64,000 nt of DNA from an uncultured Solirubrobacterales bacterium (GCA_963796525.1 CAWCMD010000013.1:172230-236229), one strand, 5' to 3'; shown: positions 1 through 9,739, counted from the stretch's first letter. The notes: generated by a model from the sequence alone, not told the origin. Numbers and translations: made by a program.

Positions 1-594
1 GGCGCCATGGAACTTGGAGAGATTCTTGTTCTCGACCTCGTATGCCGTCACAACGATGTTGTCGCCGATCACCACGGCGTCGTGGAGGCTGATGATCCAG
101 CCGCGCTTGCCGGTGATGCTCGCGACCTTGTGGTAGTGCTGATCGACGACGACGACCTTGCCGGTCTCGGGCTGGCCGGTCTTCGTGATCCTGCCCTCCC
201 ACCAGCTGAGGCCCGGCTGGCCATCGCTGAGGGTTTGGGTACGCAGGTTGGCCGCCAGCGCGTTCACGCCGATCGGCTGGAACCACACCGGTTGAAGGTT
301 GTGATCGAGGATCAGTGGCCCCGGCTGGCCGACCATCGGCACGTTCTGGCCCACGTTCTTGAAGTTCGCGACCAGGAAGAACCCCGGCGCCAGCTGGCTG
401 GTCTTCGTCCTCATGGTGGTCTTCAACTTCGGCGGATGAAGCCGCGGAGCGGAGACGAAGCTGAAGGCCCCTCTCGTCGTGAAGGCGCCGATCGGTGCTG
501 CTTGCGCTGCGGTCGCTGCGGTTGCGCAGACGAGCAGCGCGAGGGCGCTCAGGGCGCCGAGGAGTGTGGGGTTCTTCTTCTGTGGCGTACGCAT
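1..594 (-). CDS. arylsulfotransferase (ASST)-family secreted protein, N-terminal 198 codons; continues beyond window start
   Basis: Not in the ORF track because there is no stop inside the window. Reverse-strand ATG at 592-594 gives MRTPQKKNPTLLGALSALALLVCATAATAAQA (signal peptide). It continues FVSAPRLHPP..APGFFLVANF..GPLILDHNLQPVWFQP..LSWWEG..VVVVDQHYHKV, the N-terminal pattern I associate with actinobacterial ASST proteins. Confidence 0.6.
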   Translation of the reverse strand, partial: MRTPQKKNPTLLGALSALALLVCATAATAAQAAPIGAFTTRGAFSFVSAPRLHPPKLKTTMRTKTSQLAPGFFLVANFKNVGQNVPMVGQPGPLILDHNLQPVWFQPIGVNALAANLRTQTLSDGQPGLSWWEGRITKTGQPETGKVVVVDQHYHKVASITGKRGWIISLHDAVVIGDNIVVTAYEVENKNLSKFHGA

Positions 595-637
595 GGTCTA
601 ATTGGGACCTAACAAGCGGGTCGTGCGAGAGTTGCGG

Positions 638-1627
638 CTACCCGAGCAGGAGATTGGAGAGAAGCCCGGGATCGCGCCGAACACGGTGGAAAGCTGTCCC
701 ACGGTCAGAACGCTTGGCCAAGCGTACTTGATCTGGATCCTCGAGCCGCTTCAGGCGGCCCTCTGCAATCAGGCGTTCATCGACGGCGCCGAGGCGGCCC
801 TCGAACACGGTGAACACCGGCGTGCCGAGCGCCACCGCCTCGCGGTTCATGGTCCCGCCGGCTGAGACGACGAGGTCGGCGTAGGCGATCAGCGACTGTG
901 CATCGACCGCGTGGTCGGGGACGATGAAGCCGCCCGCGTTTACGAGTTCCGCGCGCTGCGTGTCGGTCCTCGGGAGCACCACGGTCTGCGCGCCCCGGAG
1001 CCGGTCGAGCACGCGGGCGAACAGGTCGTTCTCGAACCGGTGATAGAGGGACACCTCGGGAGGCGTTCTGACGATCGCGATCGGCTGCGTCGCGTCGAGG
1101 TGCAAATCGGCGAGCGCCACCGGGTCGGGCTCGAAGTCGGCCAGGTAGTACTCCTCCTTGAGGCCTTCGTACGCACGGATCTTGCCCTTCGCGCCGTAGC
1201 GATACAGGCGCTCGGGCGGGATCGCGTCGGGCACGACCACGGTGCGCGCGAGGCGGCAGTTGACGTTGTGCTGGACCGTTGCCCACTCGTAGTCGAACAT
1301 CGTCGCGCTGGGGATCCTGAGCACCCTTGCGGCAACCGTGATGTCGTTGGATCCGTGCCCCAGGGCGAGGTCGAAGCGCTGCGGGCGCGCCCAGTGGGTG
1401 AGCGCTCGAGAGCGGGCTGCAAGTCCGCGCGCCTTGGCCAACAGGCCGCTCCCTTGGTGGCGGCCGATCGCGGTGTGCTCGATCCCGAACCGCCGGCAGA
1501 GGCCAAGCGTCTGGGCGAAGTCGCGCGCGGTGACGCGCACCTCGTGGCCTCGCTTCTGCAGGTCGGCGATCACCGGCCGCATCACGAGCACGTGCGGTGA
1601 GTTCGTGAGGTCGACCCAGATCTTCAC
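638..1627 (-). CDS. DUF354-domain protein (glycosyltransferase/epimerase-like fold)
   Basis: 329 aa. N-terminus MKIWVDLTNSPHVLVMRPVIADLQKRGHEVRVTARD is typical of DUF354. GTG start overlaps the stop of the upstream DegT gene (GTGA). Confidence 0.7.
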   Translation of the reverse strand: MKIWVDLTNSPHVLVMRPVIADLQKRGHEVRVTARDFAQTLGLCRRFGIEHTAIGRHQGSGLLAKARGLAARSRALTHWARPQRFDLALGHGSNDITVAARVLRIPSATMFDYEWATVQHNVNCRLARTVVVPDAIPPERLYRYGAKGKIRAYEGLKEEYYLADFEPDPVALADLHLDATQPIAIVRTPPEVSLYHRFENDLFARVLDRLRGAQTVVLPRTDTQRAELVNAGGFIVPDHAVDAQSLIAYADLVVSAGGTMNREAVALGTPVFTVFEGRLGAVDERLIAEGRLKRLEDPDQVRLAKRSDRGTAFHRVRRDPGLLSNLLLG

Positions 1628-2700
1628 TGCGCGAGTGCGTCCACGACCGCTTGCGCCTGGGTCGCGTCGAGCACCGGGCTGATCGGCAGGGCGAGGTTCG
1701 TTCTCGACAGCTCATCCGTGGCGGGGAGGTTCAAATCGCCGCGGTAGCGCGCCATCGACGGCTGGTCGTGAATCGGGGTGCGGTAGTACCCGCGCGATTG
1801 GATGCCGCGTTCGGAGAGCCGCTTCTGTAGCTCGTCGGCGCGGGGGTGCGTGACGACATACAGGTGCCACGCGGGGTCAGCGCCAGGCGGAATCGACGGC
1901 GGCTGGACGTGGTCGCTGATACCGGCCTCGTCGTACGCCTTGGCGGCTCGCCTCCGTCCCTCGCACCAGCCGTCAAGGTGGGGCAGCAGCGTGCGCAGGA
2001 TCGCCGCCTGAAGCTCGTCGAGGCGCGAGTTGTAGCCGACATAGTCGAATGCCCGCTTGTCGCGCGACCCGTGGAATCTGAGTGCGCGCGCCAGCTCGGC
2101 GATCTGATCGTCGTCGGTGACGATCGCGCCGCCGTCGCCGAAGCAGCCGAGGTTCTTCGACGGATAGAAGGAGAACGTGCCCACGTCTCCCAGCGCTCCG
2201 GCGCGGCGCCCGTCGAGGCTCGCGCCGGCGGCCTGGGCGGCATCCTCGAGAACGGGCAGCCCGAGCGATCTCAGATCTGCGATCGGGGCCGGGAGCCCGA
2301 ACAGATCGACCGCCACAATCGCCGTCGTGCGGGGCGTGAGCGCCTCGCGGACGATGTCGGCCGTGACGTTCCTCGTCCGATGGTCGACGTCGCAGAAGAC
2401 CGGGCGCGCGCCCGCGTTGACGATCGCCTCCGCGGAGGCGTAGAACGTGAACGACGGCACCACGACGTCATCGCCCGGCTGCACGCCAAGCGCGCGCAGG
2501 CCGATCGTGATCGCGTCGGTGCCATTCGCGACGCCGATCGCGTGGCGGACCCCGAGATAGTCCGCGAACTCGCGCTCGAAGGCCTGCACCTCCGGGCCGA
2601 GGATGTACGTACCGCGCTGCACGACCTCGGACATCCGTGCAAGGACGGCGTCGCGCAGCGGCGCAAGCGGGGTGTCTGTGTCGAACAACGGGACGGCCAT
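1624..2700 (-). CDS. DegT/DnrJ/EryC1/StrS-family PLP-dependent sugar aminotransferase
   Basis: Motifs ILGPEVQAFEREFADYLGVRHAIGVANGTDAITIGL, VVVPSFTFYASAEAI and FSFYPSKNLG. Start taken at the ATG giving MAVPLFD; the track ORF starts 9 nt upstream at a GTG (2709). Confidence 0.85.
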   Translation of the reverse strand: MAVPLFDTDTPLAPLRDAVLARMSEVVQRGTYILGPEVQAFEREFADYLGVRHAIGVANGTDAITIGLRALGVQPGDDVVVPSFTFYASAEAIVNAGARPVFCDVDHRTRNVTADIVREALTPRTTAIVAVDLFGLPAPIADLRSLGLPVLEDAAQAAGASLDGRRAGALGDVGTFSFYPSKNLGCFGDGGAIVTDDDQIAELARALRFHGSRDKRAFDYVGYNSRLDELQAAILRTLLPHLDGWCEGRRRAAKAYDEAGISDHVQPPSIPPGADPAWHLYVVTHPRADELQKRLSERGIQSRGYYRTPIHDQPSMARYRGDLNLPATDELSRTNLALPISPVLDATQAQAVVDALAQ

Positions 2701-2764
2701 GACTTCCACTGTGAGAAAACCCTAAACGTGTTGAGGTCGCTCCGGCCGCTACGCTAGGCCTGCC

Positions 2765-3406
2765 GTGCTCCTCGCACTCGCCTCCGTTACGGACTCGTTT
2801 GTCCATCTCGCGACGCACGTGATCAGCGACCTCGGCTACGCCGGCGTCTTCGTGATGACGATGACCTCTGGCGTGATCGGCGTCCCCGGCTCCGAGCCGA
2901 CGATGCTGTTCGCGGGCTTCGATGTCTATCAGGGCAACCTGACGCTGCTCGGAATCATCATCGCCGGCGTGCTCGGCGACGTGGCCGGCGGATCGATCGC
3001 CTACGGGATCGGACGCTTCGGCCGTCGCGAGCTGCTCGAGCGCCAGGGCTCGAAGCTCCACATGAGCAGCAAGCGCCTGGACCGCGCGCACTCCTGGTTC
3101 GAGCGCCACGGGTCTCCGGTGATCTTCTTCTCCCGGCTGATCCCGTTGGGGCGCGCCGCGTTCCCGTATGCGGCCGGTATCGCGGAGATGAGCTACGCGA
3201 AGTTCCTCGCGTTCGCCACCGCGGGCTCGATCGTCTGGATCAGCGGACTCGCGCTGCTCGGCCGCGAGGTCGGATCCAGTTGGCCGAGCTGGCGGAAGAA
3301 TCTCGAGTACGTCGACTACGCGGTCCTGGTGCTGCTGGTCGCGGCGATTGCCTATTTCGTCTTCCGCCGCGTGCGGCGGCGACCGGCGCCGAACGTCGCG
3401 TCGTAG
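2765..3406 (+). CDS. DedA-family membrane protein
   Basis: 213 aa, multi-TM. Contains GRFGRRELLERQG...SWFERHGSPVIFFSRLIPLGRAAFPYAAGIAEMSY, typical of DedA/SNARE-associated proteins. Confidence 0.8.
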   Translation: MLLALASVTDSFVHLATHVISDLGYAGVFVMTMTSGVIGVPGSEPTMLFAGFDVYQGNLTLLGIIIAGVLGDVAGGSIAYGIGRFGRRELLERQGSKLHMSSKRLDRAHSWFERHGSPVIFFSRLIPLGRAAFPYAAGIAEMSYAKFLAFATAGSIVWISGLALLGREVGSSWPSWRKNLEYVDYAVLVLLVAAIAYFVFRRVRRRPAPNVAS

Positions 3407-3461
3407 CGCGGTGAAAGGGCGCCGGCGCCCGCGCCGCTCCCGGCCGGCGCTTGGACAGGCT

Positions 3462-4253
3462 GTGGTGCTGGGCGCGCTACATGGCCCCGCCGAGCTGCTG
3501 CCGATCTCGTCCTCGGGACACATCGCGCTCGTGCCGTGGCTGCTGTCGTGGGACTACGTCGAGCTCGACGACGAGCTGCGCAAGTCGTTCGAGGTCGTGC
3601 TGCACGCCGGCACAGCCGCGGCGTTGCTGATCACGCTGCGCGATGAAGTCGCAGAAGCGGTGCGCGGGCTCGACCGGCGGCGGCTGGCGATGATCGCGCT
3701 GTCGTTCGTCCCGCCGGCGATCGTCGGCTACACGCTCGAGCGGCCGATCGAGCGCCACTTCGGCACGCCGGGGACGATCGCGTGCGGACTGCTCGCCGGG
3801 TCTGCGGTGATGGCGTGGGCGGACCGGGCCGCGCAGGACCGCCGCCACGACGACGCCGACGCCGTCGATGCGCTGTGGCTCGGCGTGGCGCAGGCGTGCG
3901 CGCTGATCCCGGGCGTGTCGCGCAACGGCGCGACGCTTGCGGCGGCGCGGCTGAGGGGGTTCGGGCGCGAGGACGCGAACCGGCTCTCGCGTCACGTCGC
4001 GCTGCCGGTGATCGCCGGCGCGACGCTGTTGAAGGGCGTGCGGCTGCGCCGGCGCGGTCTGCCTGCGGGGACGGCCGTGCCGTTCGCGGCGGGAGCGGCA
4101 GCGGCGTTCGCTTCGACCTTGGGCTCGACGTGGTTGATCCGGCAGGTCGAGCGCGACCGCTCGCTGTTGCCGTACGCGGCCTATCGAGCGGCGCTGGCGG
4201 TCGTGGTGCTGGCGCGGTTGAGTTCGCGGCGGCGCGTGCGCAGTTCGTTCTGA
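3462..4253 (+). CDS. uppP: undecaprenyl-diphosphate phosphatase
   Basis: LGALHGPAELLPISSSGHIALVPWLL and ALIPGVSRNGATL are the BacA/UppP signatures. The track ORF starts at 3348 and overlaps dedA, so an in-frame GTG at 3462 or 3465 after the dedA stop is more plausible. Confidence 0.85.
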   Translation: MVLGALHGPAELLPISSSGHIALVPWLLSWDYVELDDELRKSFEVVLHAGTAAALLITLRDEVAEAVRGLDRRRLAMIALSFVPPAIVGYTLERPIERHFGTPGTIACGLLAGSAVMAWADRAAQDRRHDDADAVDALWLGVAQACALIPGVSRNGATLAAARLRGFGREDANRLSRHVALPVIAGATLLKGVRLRRRGLPAGTAVPFAAGAAAAFASTLGSTWLIRQVERDRSLLPYAAYRAALAVVVLARLSSRRRVRSSF

Positions 4254-4277
4254 ATAGGAGAACTTTCTGCGCACTCG

Positions 4278-5016
4278 TCAGGCCAGCGACCACAGCTCGC
4301 CGCTGCCGACACGCTCGGCCTTCGCCCGCCACTCGGTCGCGAGGCGCCACAGTTCGGCCGGCGCGCGCGGGCCCGGCAGGTCGCACAGCGCTTCGATCTC
4401 GGGCGTGGCGAGCGGGCCGTGCAGGCGGAGGGCGTCGATCGGCGAGAGCGTCCCGGCGGGCCCGTCTGGCCAGCTGGGCCTCGATCTCGGCAAACCCCGA
4501 CACCACGCGCCCATCCTCGAATTCGAGCGCCGGACTTGCCACCCCCGCCTCGCGCGTGCGCTCCAGGTCGGCCCCGAACGCCTCGAGGATCGCGTGCGAG
4601 CCGAGGTCGATCCGGAAGCGCGCAAGATCGAGGCCGCTGATCGCCCTGGCCTCCTCGACCAAAGCTTCCGCCGTGTCTAGCTTGCGCCGGCGGCACATGA
4701 AGCCTTGGCGCAGCCGCCGCAGGAACGGGCCCGGGTCTCCCTGCTCGGCAGCGGCTTTCACGGCGATGCAGGCCGGGTAGGAGCTACTGGGTGGTCCCTC
4801 CAGCCATAAGCGTGGATCGACCGGCATCCCGGAGGCCTCCGATGCGTTCAGCTGAGCCGAGATCTGCTCGAGCGGATTGCCGAATTCGCGGGCAAGCCCG
4901 GTCATCACGTAGCGGACGCTGCGACCGCGGCCCTCGAGCCGCCGGATGGCGGGCTCGAGCGCCCAGGACCAAGGGCACGCGGGGTCGGTGTAGTAAAAGA
5001 CCTGCACGTAGGTCAC
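4278..5016 (-). pseudogene. YjbH/SpxH-like DsbA-family thioredoxin-fold protein, reading frame broken near 4450-4485
   Basis: N-terminal part (VFYYTDPACPWSWALEP...) is in the frame of ORF 3631..5016. The C-terminal winged-helix-like tail (TLSPIDALRLHGPLATPEIEALCDLPGPRAPAELWRLATEW...SLA*) is in the frame of ORF 4278..4625. Confidence 0.65.
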
Positions 5017-5062
5017 GACATTCCCTCACTCATCCGCGCGTAGCTCAAAATAAAGGGACCCG

Positions 5063-6574
5063 ATGAGCACTCTGCTCGGAACCACGCTGAACGGCCGCTA
5101 TCGGTTGGAGGCCCGGATCGGCGCGGGCGGGATGTCGACGGTGTACCGGGCGATCGACGAGACGCTACAGCGCCCGGTCGCGATCAAGCTGATGAATCGC
5201 GAGGTGAGCACCGATTCCGATCAGCTCGAGCGCTTCCGCCGAGAAGCGCGCGCGGTCGCCCAGCTTTCGCACCCGCACATCGTCGGCGTGATCGATGCCG
5301 GTGAGGATGGGGATCCCGCCCACTCCCGGCCCTACATCGTGTTCGAGTGTGTCGACGGCGAGACGCTCAAGGAGCGGATCAGGCGGATGGGGAGGCTGCC
5401 AATCCCCGAGGCCGTCGCCTACGCGATCGAGATCGCGCGCGCGCTCGGCGCCGCGCACGCGCGCCACATCGTGCATCGCGACGTCAAGCCGCAGAACGTG
5501 CTGATCGACGAGGAGGGCTCGGCCAAGGTCACCGACTTCGGGATCGCGCGGACGCTCGACGAGGAGGGGCTGACCGCCGACGGCCGCGTGCTTGGCACGA
5601 CCGACTACGTATCGCCCGAGCAGGCGCTCGGACAGCCGGTGACCGGGCAGTCGGATCTCTACTCGCTCGGCATCGTGCTCTACGAGATGCTGACCGGCGA
5701 GGTTCCGTTCAAGGGAGACAACCAGGTCGCGGTCGCGATGAAGCACGTTCGCGAGGAGGTGCCCGACGTCCAGACCAAGCGGCCCGAGGTGTCGGCGGCG
5801 CTCGCGGCAATCGTCGAGACCGCGACCGCGAAGCGGCCGGAGGACCGCTACGCCGACGATGCGGAGCTGATCGCGGACCTCGAGGACGTGCTGGCGATCG
5901 AGACCGCTCGCGCCGGCACCGCCTCCGGCGAGGCCACCAGCGTCCTGCGGACGCTGCCGTCGCGCACCCAGCGCCGAGTGCCGTTCGAGGTGCGGCACAG
6001 GCTCCTCGCGCTGGCGTTGCTGCTCGTCGCGCTCGTGCTCGTCGGCGGTGGCGCGGTGTATCTCGCGACCCGCGCGCACCACGGCACCGGCGCGCTCAAC
6101 TCGGTCAAGCCCCCCGCCGCGCCCAAATCGCTCACCCAGGTTCAGCTGTGCCAATCGTGCGCGCAGGGCTTCAACCCACTCGGCAGCCCGACCGACGAGC
6201 ACCCGAACGCGAGTCTGGCGGTCGACAACCAGCTGGGCACGTACTGGAACACGCAGATCTACTACGACCACAAGCTGGACAAGGCCGGCACCGGGATCTA
6301 CGTCGACGCGAATCCGGAGACGACCGCGCGCGTGCTGAAGCTGCTCACGAACACTCCGGGGTTCACGGTCACGATCTATGCCCGTCACAATGCGCCGCCG
6401 GTCAGGTGGCCTGACTCGGGTTGGACGCAGGTATCCGCGTCGACGAAGGTCGCGCCGACGCAGAACATCCAGCTGAGCAGCGGCAGCACGTCCTACCGCT
6501 ACTGGCTGGCGTGGATCACCGACCTCGGCGGACGCTCGAGCCTGGCGATCGACGAGGTCGTGCTTTACAAGTAG
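5063..6574 (+). CDS. Ser/Thr protein kinase with single TM and discoidin (F5/8 type C)-like extracellular domain
   Basis: Hanks kinase motifs (GAGGMSTVYRA, HRDVKPQNVL, DFGIAR, SPEQA). TM helix LLALALLLVALVLVGGGAVYLA. C-terminal LAVDNQLGTYWNTQ...YRYWLAWITDL...IDEVVLYK resembles galactose-binding-like domains. Confidence 0.85.
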   Translation: MSTLLGTTLNGRYRLEARIGAGGMSTVYRAIDETLQRPVAIKLMNREVSTDSDQLERFRREARAVAQLSHPHIVGVIDAGEDGDPAHSRPYIVFECVDGETLKERIRRMGRLPIPEAVAYAIEIARALGAAHARHIVHRDVKPQNVLIDEEGSAKVTDFGIARTLDEEGLTADGRVLGTTDYVSPEQALGQPVTGQSDLYSLGIVLYEMLTGEVPFKGDNQVAVAMKHVREEVPDVQTKRPEVSAALAAIVETATAKRPEDRYADDAELIADLEDVLAIETARAGTASGEATSVLRTLPSRTQRRVPFEVRHRLLALALLLVALVLVGGGAVYLATRAHHGTGALNSVKPPAAPKSLTQVQLCQSCAQGFNPLGSPTDEHPNASLAVDNQLGTYWNTQIYYDHKLDKAGTGIYVDANPETTARVLKLLTNTPGFTVTIYARHNAPPVRWPDSGWTQVSASTKVAPTQNIQLSSGSTSYRYWLAWITDLGGRSSLAIDEVVLYK

Positions 6575-6634
6575 CCGGTCGTCTAGGGTTCGCCGGCGAC
6601 CGCAAATACGAGCTCGGAGGGGCGACTAAAACAC

Positions 6635-7373
6635 ATGCTCGGCTTACCCGATGGGATCACGACGTGCCTGTTTGACCTCGACGGCGTGCTCACCCAGACG
6701 GCCAAGGTCCACGCCGCCGCGTGGAAGCAGATGTTCGACGAGTATCTGCGCGACCGAGCCGAGCACGGCGGTGACGCATTCCGCGAGTTCACGATCGAGG
6801 ACTACGAGCGCTACGTGGACGGAAAGCCGCGATATGACGGCGTACGGTCGTTCTTGACCTCGCGCGGTATCGAGCTGAAGCAGGGAACGCCGGACGACCC
6901 GCTCCGGCGCCGAGACCGTCGACGGCCTCGGCAACCGCAAGAACGTGCTCGTGCTCGAGATGATCCGCGAGCACGGCGTCGATCCGTACGAGGGATCCGT
7001 GCGCTTCGTCCACGCAGCACGGGACGCCGGCCTGCATTCCGCGGTCGTGTCCTCCAGCACCAACTGCCGTGACGTCCTTCGCGCCGCCGGGATCCTCGAC
7101 CTGTTCCACACGATCGTCGACGGCGTTGTCGCCGACGCAAAGCACCTCAAGGGGAAGCCGGCCCCGGACACATACTTGGAGGGAGCCCGGGAGGTCGGAG
7201 TCCAGGCGGCCCAAGCGGCGGTATTCGAGGATGCGCTGGCAGGCGTCGAGGCCGGAAGGGCCGGCAGCTTCGGCTTCGTCGTCGGCGTCGACCGCGTCGG
7301 CCAGGCGCGGGAGCTCAGCGAGCACGGCGCCGATGTGGTGGTCAAGGATCTCGCCGAGCTGCTGGAGCGTTGA
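6635..7373 (+). pseudogene. beta-phosphoglucomutase-family HAD hydrolase, frame broken near 6899-6909
   Basis: N-terminal part ([21 protein letters not shown]) is in ORF 6635..7072. The continuation ([20 protein letters not shown]...GKPAPDTYL...VFEDALAGVEAG) is in ORF 6945..7373, offset by one base. Confidence 0.7.
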
Positions 7374-9727
7374 TGATCCTGCAGCCGGCATTCCCCGTCG
7401 AGCCGTGGGCGGTCCGCGAAATCGCGCTCGACAGCGATCGCCTCGCCCAGACTGAGTCCGTATTCGCGCTGTCCAACGGCCACCTGGGCATGCGCGGGAA
7501 CCTCGACGAGGGTGAGCCCTTCGGCGTGCCGGGCACCTACCTGCAGGGCTTCTACGAAGTGCGGCCGCTGCCGTACGCCGAGGCCGGCTACGGCTACCCG
7601 GAGGCGGGGCAGACCGTCGTCAACGTCACCAACGGGAAACTCATCCGGCTGCTCGTCGACGACGAGCCCCTCGACATCCGCTACGGGCAGCTGCATCGGC
7701 ACGAGCGCGTCCTCGACCTGCGCGCCGGCACGCTCAGCCGGGTCGCGGAATGGGAGTCGCCGACCGAGCGCTCGGTGCGAATCCGCTCGACCCGGCTTGT
7801 GTCATTCACCCACCGCTCGGTGGCCGCGATCTCCTACGAGGTCGAGCCGCTCGACGATGCGCTGCGGGTGGTCGTGCAATCCGAGCTTGTCGCCAACGAG
7901 TCGCTCCCCACCGGAGATATGGACCCGCGCGCCGCCGCGGCGCTCGCGTCGCCGCTCGTCTCCGAGTTCAATGAGTCCTCAGATACTCGGGCCCTGCTCG
8001 TCCACCGCACGCGGGGGAGCGGGCTGGTGGTCGGCGCCGCCATGGACCACCTGATCGACGGGCCGCCGAGAACCGAGTGGACTGGCGAATGCTTCGAGGA
8101 TGTTGGGCGGCTGACGATCACGGCCAACGTCGCCCCTGGGGCTCCGCTGCGCTTCGTCAAGTTCATCTCCTACGGATGGTCGGGCGAGCGCTCGGTGCCG
8201 GCGGTCCACGACCAGGTCGCGGCGGCGCTCGCGGGAGGCCGGCACACCGGCTGGGATGGGCTGGTCGCGCAGCAGCGCGAGTACCTCGATGATTTCTGGG
8301 ACCGCGCCGATGTCGAGCTCGAGGGCGACGCGGAGCTTCAGCAGGCGATCCGGTTTGGGCTGTTCCACGTGTTGCAGGCCGGCGCGCGGGGCGAGCAGCG
8401 CGCGATCCCCGCCAAGGGCCTGACCGGCCCCGGCTATGACGGCCACACGTTCTGGGACACCGAGAGCTTCGTCCTCCCGGTGCTCACCTACACGGCTCCG
8501 CACGCCGCCGGCGACGCGCTGCGCTGGCGCCATGCCACCCTCGAACGGGCGCGCGAGCGCGCTCAGCAGCTCGATCTGGAGGGCGCAACGTTCCCGTGGC
8601 GAACGATCGACGGGCACGAGTGCTCCGGCTACTGGCCGGCGGGGACCGCGGCCTTCCACATCAACGCCGATATCGCGGATGCGGTCGTGCGCTACCGCGC
8701 GGCGAGCGACGACGAGGACTTCGAGCGCGAAGTCGGCCTCGAGTTGCTCGTCGAGACGGCGCGGCTGTGGCGCTCGCTTGGCCACCACGACTCCGTGGGC
8801 CGGTTCCGGATCGATGGCGTGACGGGCCCGGACGAGTACAGCGCGGTCGCAGACAACAACCTCTACACGAACCTGATGGCGCAGCGGAACCTGCTCGCTG
8901 CCGCGGACGTGGCCGAGCGCCACCCGCGCCAGGCCACGGCGTTCGGAATCGATCAGGAGGAGGCGGCGAGCTGGCGGGACGCGGCCAATGCGATGACGAT
9001 CCCGTTCGACGAGAATCTCGGCGTCCACGCCCAGGCCGAGGGTTTCACCGAGCATCAGCCGTGGGATTGGGCGCAGACGACTCCCGACAAGTACCCCCTG
9101 CTTCTGCATTTCCCGTACTTCGACCTGTACCGCAAGCAGGTCGTCAAGCAGGCGGACCTGGTGCTGGCCATGCACCTGCGCGGCCACGCGTTCACGGCGG
9201 AGCAGAAAGCCCGCAACTTCGCCTATTACGAGGCGCTGACGGTCCGCGACTCATCGCTCTCGGCGTGCACCCAGGCGGTGGTCGCCGCCGAGGTTGGGCA
9301 CCTCGATCTCGCCTATGACTACTTCGCCGAGGCCGCGCTGATGGATCTGGACGACCTCGAGCACAACACGCGCGACGGGGTTCACATCGCCTCGCTCGCG
9401 GGCACGTGGATTGCCGCGGTCGCCGGGTTCGGCGGGATGCGCGACCACGACGGCTCGCTCAGCTTCGCGCCGAGACTTCCGGAGATGCTCTCGCGGATGG
9501 CGTTCAGGCTCAGCTTCCGAGGGCGACGGCTGACCGTCGAGGTGCAGGACGCCAAGGCCACGTACGCGATCGTTGACGGCCAGCCGCTGGAGATCGTCCA
9601 TCACGGCGAGAGCGCGACGCTGAGCCCGGACGAGCCCCTGTCGCTGCCGATCCCGCCGGCGCCAAAGCTCGATCGCCCGCGTCAGCCTCCGGGGCGCGCG
9701 CCCTCGCGCCGCCGTCCCGAGCGGTAG
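7373..9727 (+). CDS. glycoside hydrolase family 65 phosphorylase (maltose/trehalose/kojibiose phosphorylase-like)
   Basis: About 785 aa with ESVFALSNGHLGMRGNLDEGEP at the N-terminus and a conserved GH65 core (GYDGHTFWDTE). The ATG overlaps the HAD stop (TGATG). The HAD+GH65 pairing is common in actinobacteria. Confidence 0.85.
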   Translation: MILQPAFPVEPWAVREIALDSDRLAQTESVFALSNGHLGMRGNLDEGEPFGVPGTYLQGFYEVRPLPYAEAGYGYPEAGQTVVNVTNGKLIRLLVDDEPLDIRYGQLHRHERVLDLRAGTLSRVAEWESPTERSVRIRSTRLVSFTHRSVAAISYEVEPLDDALRVVVQSELVANESLPTGDMDPRAAAALASPLVSEFNESSDTRALLVHRTRGSGLVVGAAMDHLIDGPPRTEWTGECFEDVGRLTITANVAPGAPLRFVKFISYGWSGERSVPAVHDQVAAALAGGRHTGWDGLVAQQREYLDDFWDRADVELEGDAELQQAIRFGLFHVLQAGARGEQRAIPAKGLTGPGYDGHTFWDTESFVLPVLTYTAPHAAGDALRWRHATLERARERAQQLDLEGATFPWRTIDGHECSGYWPAGTAAFHINADIADAVVRYRAASDDEDFEREVGLELLVETARLWRSLGHHDSVGRFRIDGVTGPDEYSAVADNNLYTNLMAQRNLLAAADVAERHPRQATAFGIDQEEAASWRDAANAMTIPFDENLGVHAQAEGFTEHQPWDWAQTTPDKYPLLLHFPYFDLYRKQVVKQADLVLAMHLRGHAFTAEQKARNFAYYEALTVRDSSLSACTQAVVAAEVGHLDLAYDYFAEAALMDLDDLEHNTRDGVHIASLAGTWIAAVAGFGGMRDHDGSLSFAPRLPEMLSRMAFRLSFRGRRLTVEVQDAKATYAIVDGQPLEIVHHGESATLSPDEPLSLPIPPAPKLDRPRQPPGRAPSRRRPER

Positions 9728-9739
9728 CGCGCGCCGTCC

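Noticed and set aside
7-612. 201-aa plus-strand ORF at the window start
   Set aside because: Its composition is Arg/Asp/Leu-rich with no recognisable motif. The opposite strand encodes a convincing signal peptide plus an ASST-like sequence, so this is an antisense shadow ORF.
3631-4277. Downstream 215 codons of the 461-aa minus-strand ORF 3631..5016
   Set aside because: The sequence is Arg/Pro/Ala-rich and runs fully antisense to uppP. The real DsbA-like gene changes frame near 4450-4485 and ends at 4278.
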